From IMG/VR virus record IMGVR_UViG_3300008222_000151: a stretch of 7,871 nt of DNA. The stretch is one strand, 5' to 3'. Source of the DNA: a virus. The translations under genes and the position numbers were made by a program. This document shows, piece after piece, positions 1 through 5,186 of this stretch; the first letter of the stretch is position 1; each line of letters starts with the position of its first letter. The notes under the pieces were generated by a model. That model saw only the letters and a program-made list of their open reading frames with translations, did no database searches and was not told the origin of the DNA.

Positions 1-103
1 AAGCAGGTCTAACAGATGTAATCATGCCGATTCTGACATAAGTACCCGAAGCATTAGCAGCAAACGAAAATAAAAAAACAATAAAAATTAATATTCGATT
101 CAT
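1..103 (-). CDS. gIII: Duplicated 5' fragment of gIII (first 34 codons). A linearisation artefact, not a separate gene
   Basis: Same sequence as 7749-7851. The ATG at 103-101 encodes MNRILIFIVFLFSFAANASG... Confidence 0.85.
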   Translation of the reverse strand, partial: MNRILIFIVFLFSFAANASGTYVRIGMITSVRPA

Positions 104-123
104 AATAAAACCCAAAAAAAAAG
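1..123. repeat. Left copy of the 123-bp terminal redundancy (circular wrap-around)
   Basis: Identical to 7749-7871. It contains the gIII start codon region and the A9 tract. Confidence 0.97.
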
Positions 124-147
124 GGATGACCAAAGCCACCCCCCTTT
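114..147 (-). terminator. Putative rho-independent terminator downstream of gVIII
   Basis: The - strand reads AAAGGGGGGTGGCTTTGGTCATCCCTTTTTTTTT. The stem pairs 137-142 with 123-128 (6 bp including one G:U), the loop is 8 nt, and a T9 tract follows (122-114). Ff has a terminator at the same place, between gVIII and gIII. Confidence 0.5.
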
Positions 148-187
148 AAATATTGAGGGCGAACCCCAAAAAACATTCAATAAATTA

Positions 188-427
188 TTACGTAGCTTTA
201 CTAGTAAATTTCTTGAATAGTTTGATACCAATAGTTGCAACAGTAATTGTGCCGACAATAGGCCAAGCCGCTGCAATCATACTATCTGCAAAATCAGTAA
301 CAGACGTTAATGCCGTTGTTGCTTCAGCTGGTAACGCTGCAAATGCAGAACTTGACCCCATTAACGCACCAAGAACAACTGCCGCTTTAGTCGCTTTTTT
401 ATTAACTGAGATATTTAACTTTTTCAT
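188..427 (-). CDS. gVIII: Major coat protein precursor (g8p), 79 aa with a predicted 49-aa mature form
   Basis: MKKLNISVNKKATKAAVVLGALMGSSSAFA|ALPAEATTALTSVTDFADSMIAAAWPIVGTITVATIGIKLFKKFTSKAT. The signal peptide ends in AFA. The C-terminus is almost identical to the recalled Ff g8p ...ATIGIKLFKKFTSKAS. I prefer the ATG at 427 (GGAAG about 9 nt upstream, MKK start as in Ff) over the track start at 487 or the ATG at 442. Confidence 0.93.
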   Translation of the reverse strand: MKKLNISVNKKATKAAVVLGALMGSSSAFAALPAEATTALTSVTDFADSMIAAAWPIVGTITVATIGIKLFKKFTSKAT

Positions 428-470
428 TTTTTGAACTTCCATTTTTAATGTAAAAAAATCAGAATTTGAA

Positions 471-581
471 TTAACTTGTTGAGACATCCATTAACTTCTG
501 AAAATAAAGAATGATTGCACCAAACACCCACCCCCCACAGTAAGCAGTAATGAGCGCCCCTAAAATAAATTCGACATTCAT
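471..581 (-). CDS. gIX: Minor coat protein g9p, 36 aa (not in the ORF track)
   Basis: Hand translation gives MNVEFILGALITAYCGGWVFGAIILYFQKLMDVSTS*. It is hydrophobic. The C-terminus YFQKLMDVSTS matches the recalled Ff g9p ...YFTRLMETSS. Its start overlaps the gVII stop in ATGA (578-581), as in Ff. Confidence 0.85.
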   Translation of the reverse strand: MNVEFILGALITAYCGGWVFGAIILYFQKLMDVSTS

Positions 582-691
582 CTTTGCCCGCCTTTTATTG
601 CACCGAGGCCGAATGAAACAACCAACCCAATGCAAAAAATCAATAACCAAAAATCATCAAATTGCTCCAATGAAAGCTGGATTGTAGTCAT
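578..691 (-). CDS. gVII: Minor coat protein g7p, 37 aa (not in the ORF track)
   Basis: Hand translation gives MTTIQLSLEQFDDFWLLIFCIGLVVSFGLGAIKGGQR*. The C-terminus LGAIKGGQR matches the recalled Ff g7p ...LGIIAGGQR. Its start is 1 nt after the gV stop (TAA-T-ATG), which suggests translational coupling. Confidence 0.85.
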   Translation of the reverse strand: MTTIQLSLEQFDDFWLLIFCIGLVVSFGLGAIKGGQR

Positions 692-692
692 A

Positions 693-971
693 TTATTTTG
701 AAACCGATTTTAAATTAACGCTACGACCAAAAGTTAAATTACCGAATGCATCAACAGTAAAAGAACTAGGAAGAACGTAATATTTACCAGCTGGATAAAA
801 ACTTTGCTCCGCTGGTACGTTCAACTTCATTTCAACAGGAAACTTACCGCCAAAATGACCATAAGCAATTTGAGTTTGTAAACGGTAAGGATTTCCAGAC
901 GCCTTAGAAATACCTTCTTTGATTTCCAAAGTCTCATTCTCAGGAAACACTTCTACAATTAAACTTGACAT
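693..971 (-). CDS. gV: ssDNA-binding protein g5p, 92 aa
   Basis: From the ATG at 971: MSSLIVEVFPENETLEIKEGISKASGNPYRLQTQIAYGHFGGKFPVEMKLNVPAEQSFYPAGKYYVLPSSFTVDAFGNLTFGRSVNLKSVSK. It aligns along its length with the recalled Ff g5p (..GKPYSLNEQLCYVDLGNEYPVLVKITL..YAPGLYTVHLSSFKVGQFGSLMI..). The track extension to 1070 starts at a TTG and adds a non-homologous leader. Confidence 0.92.
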   Translation of the reverse strand: MSSLIVEVFPENETLEIKEGISKASGNPYRLQTQIAYGHFGGKFPVEMKLNVPAEQSFYPAGKYYVLPSSFTVDAFGNLTFGRSVNLKSVSK

Positions 972-1064
972 AAAAAACCCCGATAAAATTGATGATACAA
1001 TCGATAGTGAAAACATTTTCGTTGTTACGAATCTGAAACAAATGTTGAGTGAGGCAGGGAAAAT

Positions 1065-1313
1065 ATGCAAGATAAAAAAAATGCTCAGAAATTGAGCAAA
1101 TCAGAAGAATATATCAAAGTGAGTACTAATAAAGGGTTAGAAACACTTTTTATTGGCGAATGTCTAGATAGTAAAGGTGACAAGATGGTAAGAATAAAGC
1201 AGAAAATATATGATGAAATAATGGCGTTACGTGAGCAAGATCACACTAAAATTAACAATACAATCAACTGTATACTTGCATCACATATATTCAACAGTAA
1301 AAACGGAAATTAA
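1065..1313 (+). CDS. Hypothetical 82-aa protein. The only + strand gene, and a possible small ribbon-helix-helix-type regulator
   Basis: The ATG at 1065 is preceded by GAGTGAGGCAGGGAAAAT (GAGG/AGGGA ribosome-binding site). It fills the only - strand coding gap in a very compact genome (1071-1309 has no - strand ORF). Residues 40-76, KMVRIKQKIYDEIMALREQDHTKINNTINCILASHIF, fit a strand-helix-turn-helix-like pattern. I recognise no homologue. Confidence 0.5.
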   Translation: MQDKKNAQKLSKSEEYIKVSTNKGLETLFIGECLDSKGDKMVRIKQKIYDEIMALREQDHTKINNTINCILASHIFNSKNGN

Positions 1314-2872
1314 GAACGTGAATAATTTTTAGCTTTTCCGTAACGATCTTTCATTGAATAAGGTACTAAATCTGGCAAAACCGACCTAACGGGCTCATTG
1401 GAGCGTAAAATATTGTAAATGTAACCGCGTTCATATTTCTTAATGTTAACAAAGCGCATAACTGCATTATCAATCAATAAAGTATCATCCGATTTAATAT
1501 TGCTATCAGCTATCACAACGCCATTCACGCGCTCTTTAATAGTTGATTTCCTATCTAAATTATCCGATTCAGTGATAATGCTTAACGATTGTTCAATTTC
1601 ACGTAAACTTTCAGTTTTTTCACAAGTATCTAAAATTAACGGTACATCGTGGCGAACCCTGCGCCAATCAGCGCCAATATTGTAAACCGTGTAAACGTCA
1701 TCTTCATTACGGGCAGCGATTTCTTCATCTTTTAAATCATCAATGCCAACTTTATCTTTTAATCTTTGTGACCAAAAAATCTGGCTTTTACCCGCGAAAC
1801 ATTTCGAATATTCAAGCCATAATTTTGACCACTTTGTATTGCCTGTTTCGTCAAATTTAGTCAAAAAACAAAAAGGGTGTAATCCTTTACTTTTACCCAA
1901 TTTAGAGGAGCTTTTAGCCATTTCTCTATCAACACCCCAATGACTGCTATCATCTTGTTTAGCAAGGTAATCACTATTACGAGCGTTAAATTTAACGTCG
2001 ATAGAACGATTACGAAAATGAAGAAGATTATCACCAATAAGATCATGTTTTTTACAATAATGCTCCCAACGATCTATTAGTAAATATTTAAAAACCTCCT
2101 CACTTGATATTGATAATAAAAAATCACGGTATTCATGATCTTTTTTAGCTCTGAATTTAGCGATTAAATAATCTTCAATAACATCACGATTTAATTCTTT
2201 ATCAATAAACCATAGTTCGTGAGTGTGAGGATGATAACCGTTTGAACCATAAGTAACTTCTAGCGATTTAATAAGCCCCTCAAAACCAAAAACCTCTTTA
2301 AATCTTTTCCAAACAGCACCACTACGAAGCCCCGCGAAAGCTAACTTTTGACGCTCTAACATATCCGCTAAATCATCACCAAACGAGTGACTAAAAGTAA
2401 AGGTTATCATTGCCGCCTGTTTAGGGTTTATTGTTCGATAATAAAAATATTCCATACCATGAGCAATTTCAACACGTCTACGTTCTTGAATTTTTGCCGC
2501 GCAAGTCGGGCAAGTCCAGACAGAGCCGCAAGTTGCAACGCCAGTTAAAAAACATTTTTGGTGTTCAAAGGATTTTTGAACGTCTACTTCGGTGTGGTTC
2601 ACATAAGAACATGAGGCAGTGCGATGATAATTTAAGATATATTCAAAACCAAGGCGCGAACCCTCGGCTGCATAAATACCCCTTGCGATACGGCCTAGGG
2701 CATAACGTTCTTTACGAATATTTCGACTATTTGATTCTGAGGTAGAAGAACATTTCGCATTAGTACCTAGTGGCGCACTATTTACCCCTCCCCCTGACCG
2801 CTGCGCGTCAGGAGAAGCGGCAACTGGTGCGCTTAGAGTTGCAATAAAAACTGGTTTTCTGCTATCATTCAT
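1310..2872 (-). CDS. rep: Rolling-circle replication initiator, HUH superfamily, 520 aa, not related to Ff pII
   Basis: Motif 1 is MITFTFSH (about 2393-2407). The HUH motif YHPHTHELWF has HPHTH at 2219-2233, confirmed on the DNA. The candidate motif 3 is SDYLAKQ (Y302, TAC at 1967-1969, fits Y-u-x-K). A Cys cluster CX8CX5CX2C lies upstream (CFLTGVATCGSVWTCPTC, 2501-2557), as in pC194/pUB110-type (Rep_1-like) initiators. The gene occupies the gII position of the Ff map. Confidence 0.85.
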   Translation of the reverse strand: MNDSRKPVFIATLSAPVAASPDAQRSGGGVNSAPLGTNAKCSSTSESNSRNIRKERYALGRIARGIYAAEGSRLGFEYILNYHRTASCSYVNHTEVDVQKSFEHQKCFLTGVATCGSVWTCPTCAAKIQERRRVEIAHGMEYFYYRTINPKQAAMITFTFSHSFGDDLADMLERQKLAFAGLRSGAVWKRFKEVFGFEGLIKSLEVTYGSNGYHPHTHELWFIDKELNRDVIEDYLIAKFRAKKDHEYRDFLLSISSEEVFKYLLIDRWEHYCKKHDLIGDNLLHFRNRSIDVKFNARNSDYLAKQDDSSHWGVDREMAKSSSKLGKSKGLHPFCFLTKFDETGNTKWSKLWLEYSKCFAGKSQIFWSQRLKDKVGIDDLKDEEIAARNEDDVYTVYNIGADWRRVRHDVPLILDTCEKTESLREIEQSLSIITESDNLDRKSTIKERVNGVVIADSNIKSDDTLLIDNAVMRFVNIKKYERGYIYNILRSNEPVRSVLPDLVPYSMKDRYGKAKNYSRS

Positions 2873-2918
2873 ATTGAATTATCCATTGCCCGCTAAAGCT
2901 TGGTTGATTTAGAATTCG

Positions 2919-2948
2919 AGCGTTATCAGATTCCAGTCTGATAACGCT
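2919..2948. promoter_or_regulatory. Perfect inverted repeat with 12-bp arms and a 6-nt loop, between the putative rep promoter and the rep start
   Basis: AGCGTTATCAGA ttccag TCTGATAACGCT. It is the longest perfect hairpin I found in the window. It could be an operator, an origin element or a packaging-signal element. Confidence 0.6.
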
Positions 2949-2955
2949 TTCTTGT

Positions 2956-2967
2956 TTAAGGCCTTAA
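2956..2967. promoter_or_regulatory. Perfect 12-bp palindrome TTAAGGCCTTAA abutting the putative rep -10 box
   Basis: Read directly from the sequence. It overlaps the last base of the -10 candidate and the predicted transcription start. Confidence 0.4.
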
Positions 2968-2995
2968 TACTACTTAGTAATCATTCATTTCGCAA
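2967..2995 (-). promoter_or_regulatory. Candidate sigma70-type promoter for rep
   Basis: The - strand reads TTGCGA (2995-2990), a 17-nt spacer, then TAGTAT (2972-2967). Each hexamer matches consensus at 4 of 6 positions. It lies about 95 nt upstream of the rep ATG. Confidence 0.35.
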
Positions 2996-3099
2996 AAATA
3001 ATCTGTGCCTCTCAAAGCATTCCCTCATAATCTAAGCAAAAAAATGGTTTAGCCAGGAAGAAGTGAAACGGCTGCGCCTATTGCTGAAAAGATAAATAA

Positions 3100-3525
3100 T
3101 TAACGAATATTATCAAGTTCAATAGAAGCCATGACTTTGATAAGTTTTTTAACAACCAAATGTTGATCATCACAAGTTCGTAACGATTCAATTAATCTTT
3201 GTTCATCAAGAGTAAGACGAACCGGCTTAGTCGGTGGCTTACTCTTACGGCCAGCACCAGAACGAACACCTCCATGATAATTAGCTGGTTTAAAAACATC
3301 TAAGGTATATAAATAAGTTTCATAATCAGAAATTGCATCCGCTAAAGTTGCTGCAGGACGTGAAAGACTAACTCCATCACGTTCATAAGTAACTCTATGC
3401 TCTAAAACACCAAAAGGTTCATTATATGAAGGCCAAAAAAAGCCATACATCCCCGAAACTGAAGAATTAAAAAGAATATATTCAACAGAACCATTACTAA
3501 GTGTTAATACTTTCTTAAATTCCAT
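3100..3525 (-). CDS. Hypothetical 141-aa protein with a basic GAGRK arm and a helical (RHH-like) C-terminus
   Basis: A clean ORF on the viral strand between gIV and the intergenic region, where Ff has no gene. Residues 85-100 are GGVRSGAGRKSKPPTK. They are followed by PVRLTLDEQRLIESLRTCDDQHLVVKKLIKVMASIE. The ribosome-binding site is weak (ACGGG). I recognise no homologue. Confidence 0.6.
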   Translation of the reverse strand: MEFKKVLTLSNGSVEYILFNSSVSGMYGFFWPSYNEPFGVLEHRVTYERDGVSLSRPAATLADAISDYETYLYTLDVFKPANYHGGVRSGAGRKSKPPTKPVRLTLDEQRLIESLRTCDDQHLVVKKLIKVMASIELDNIR

Positions 3526-3536
3526 AACTTGAAACC

Positions 3537-3559
3537 CGTTACATAAATCAAATGTAACG
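3537..3559. promoter_or_regulatory. Inverted repeat with 8-bp arms and a 7-nt loop, just upstream of ORF141
   Basis: CGTTACAT aaatcaa ATGTAACG. It lies directly downstream of the -10 candidate at 3562-3567. Confidence 0.45.
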
Positions 3560-3561
3560 TA

Positions 3562-3590
3562 ATAATACAGGAAACTTGATTAACGTACAA
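3562..3590 (-). promoter_or_regulatory. Candidate sigma70-type promoter for ORF141
   Basis: The - strand reads TTGTAC (3590-3585), a 17-nt spacer, then TATTAT (3567-3562). The -10 matches consensus at 5 of 6 positions and the -35 at 3 of 6. Confidence 0.3.
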
Positions 3591-3607
3591 CAATCAAAAT
3601 TAATTAA

Positions 3608-4849
3608 TCAAATTAACGTTGTCTTAATCATTACCGTTAATTCCTTATCAACCTTTTCATCAGAATTAAAACTAAACAGCCACCCCAACAAAGGTATATC
3701 CATCAACAAAGGGATTCCAGATTTTGTTGACCGGGTTTCACTACTAATTAAGCCACCTAATAAAATAGACTCACCATCGTTAACTTGTGCAACAGTAGTT
3801 ATAGAACGATTATTAGTAATAATATCCGTAGCAACCACCGAAGCTGTCACGCTGGATGATTCCTGCAATATATTTAATATCACCCTGCCATTACCAAGAA
3901 CTGTTGGCGTCACGGTAAGAGTTACACCAACATCACGTCTTTCGATATCTTGAATAGTATCGCCATTATCAGTGGTTCTCGTACCCACTAAGAAAGGCAC
4001 GTTTTGACCTACTGAAATACGCCCCTCCTGCCTATCCATAACAAAAATTTTAGGTGTGCTTAATATATCGGTATTAGTGTTTTTATTTAACGCACTAACA
4101 AGGGCCCTCACATCACCCCCTTTACTAAAAGCCAAATGACCGCCTTTAGTTATAGCGGTAAGGTTTTTAATTGTACCCAATTGATTCGAAACAAAACTAA
4201 AACCGTTGTCTATTAAAGCTGTCGATAAATTAACGCCTAACTCCTCGTTTTTATTTACATCACTTTCAACAATAACAGCCTCAATTAAAACCTGCCTGAT
4301 TGGTGAATCAATTTGCTTTAATTGTTTATTTAATTCGGCTATTTTTTCCTCGCTTGCAGATACCAGCAATGCATTATTAGCAGGTAAAACAGTTACAATA
4401 TGACTAGAAATTACAGTTGCTAAAGCTACCTCTTCCCCCTCCGGTATTGAATCAGGAGTCGCAAACAGCAGCGAATCAAAAACCAATTTTGCTTTGATGC
4501 TAGAAATATTATTTAAGCGATAAATCTTAGTTATCATCGGTTCAATATCAACGACCTGCTCTTGGTCAATGATCACATTGTAAAAGTCATCACGTTTAAC
4601 AACTGAATAACCATTCGATTTCATCACCTGAGTAAATAATTTCATCACATCAGCTGAATCAATACTGTTCACATGAACGGTTATTACACCCTCAACACCT
4701 CGCCCAAGAATAATATTTTCATTAGTCTGCATTGATACCCAATGAACAAAATCACTGATTGGAGATTGCGTAGCTTCAAAAGCACTGAGAACCTGCGCAT
4801 TTACACTCGATGTTAAAATTAATAAACTAAATACAATAGAGCGAAACAT
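3608..4849 (-). CDS. gIV: Outer-membrane secretin g4p, 413 aa
   Basis: From the ATG at 4849 (AAGGGGAAAG ribosome-binding site upstream): signal peptide MFRSIVFSLLILTSSVNA|Q. Secretin core motifs are RISVGQNVPFLVG, TDIITNNRSITT, ILLGGL and GIPLLMDIPLLGWLFS. These are collinear with the recalled Ff g4p (ISVGQNVPFITG, DVITNQRSI, GVPFLSKIPLIGLLFS). The track start at 4999 adds 50 codons that overlap gI. Confidence 0.95.
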   Translation of the reverse strand: MFRSIVFSLLILTSSVNAQVLSAFEATQSPISDFVHWVSMQTNENIILGRGVEGVITVHVNSIDSADVMKLFTQVMKSNGYSVVKRDDFYNVIIDQEQVVDIEPMITKIYRLNNISSIKAKLVFDSLLFATPDSIPEGEEVALATVISSHIVTVLPANNALLVSASEEKIAELNKQLKQIDSPIRQVLIEAVIVESDVNKNEELGVNLSTALIDNGFSFVSNQLGTIKNLTAITKGGHLAFSKGGDVRALVSALNKNTNTDILSTPKIFVMDRQEGRISVGQNVPFLVGTRTTDNGDTIQDIERRDVGVTLTVTPTVLGNGRVILNILQESSSVTASVVATDIITNNRSITTVAQVNDGESILLGGLISSETRSTKSGIPLLMDIPLLGWLFSFNSDEKVDKELTVMIKTTLI

Positions 4850-5186
4850 TTTCTTTCCCCTTAAAAATAGCAACTTCACACGCACCCTTTGAAACCAAAA
4901 CAAAGCCCTTACTGGATAATCCAATAGAGCTATAGTCAATCCCTTTACTATCAATGAAATGATAACGAGCTGGCTGATTTGGGTAATTAGAATAGGCACT
5001 AATAGCCCACCCGCTAAATTGCTGTTTTAGTGTTTCAACTTTTTCAATCTCAACAGGTTCAACAACTTCATTTGTCACAGCAACATCATCAGCAGATAAC
5101 ATCATAAAAATAAAAGTAAGCACAACCCCAACAGTAAAGGCCATAATCCGCGACCATTTACGGGCATATATTTTTGTAATTCTCAT
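4827..5186 (-). CDS. gXI: Putative g11p, an in-frame internal start within gI, 119 aa
   Basis: The internal ATG at 5186 gives MRITKIYARKWSRIMAFTVG.... This aligns with the Ff g11p start MKLTKIYLKKFSRVLCLAIG..., just before the amphipathic and TM segment. Confidence 0.5.
   Translation of the reverse strand: MRITKIYARKWSRIMAFTVGVVLTFIFMMLSADDVAVTNEVVEPVEIEKVETLKQQFSGWAISAYSNYPNQPARYHFIDSKGIDYSSIGLSSKGFVLVSKGACEVAIFKGKENVSLYCI

Noticed and set aside
1-123. Terminal direct repeat as an att site, LTR or target-site duplication
   Set aside because: The repeat begins inside the gIII coding sequence and simply completes that gene across the ends. This is circular-genome wrap-around.
153-434. 93-aa + strand ORF antisense to gVIII
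   Set aside because: It lies entirely opposite the clearly homologous major coat gene. It has no ribosome-binding site and its sequence is a low-complexity mirror of the coat gene. It is an artefact of an open antisense frame.
1451-1478. dif-like XerCD site (AAAGCGCATAA-CTGCAT-TATCAATCAAT) that could mediate chromosomal integration
   Set aside because: Only the XerC-side arm resembles E. coli dif (8 of 11). The XerD arm is poor (5 of 11), and the site lies inside rep coding sequence. It is not convincing without a search using the host's own dif.
1443-2745. ORFs inside rep (1443-1685 +, 1743-1943 +, 2431-2745 +, 1861-2046 - in an alternative frame)
   Set aside because: All are nested in the rep gene, which carries the RCR motifs. 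They lack ribosome-binding sites, and the hydrophobic 61-aa frame is what a T-rich strand gives by chance. There is no evidence for overprinting.
3099-3619. ATTAACG / CGTTAAT heptamer flanking ORF141 (3099-3105, 3579-3585, 3612-3618) as iterons
   Set aside because: The same heptamer also occurs in coding DNA (for example 360-366 and 714-720). It is probably just common in this AT-rich genome.
4850-4999. 50-codon N-terminal extension of the gIV ORF (track start 4999). The same issue applies to the gI extension 5901-5996, the gV extension 972-1070 and the gIII TTG start at 7863
   Set aside because: The extensions precede obvious Ff-like N-termini (a signal peptide or MPVYFVTGKLGGGKS) that have their own ribosome-binding sites. 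They overlap upstream genes, and two of them use non-ATG starts.
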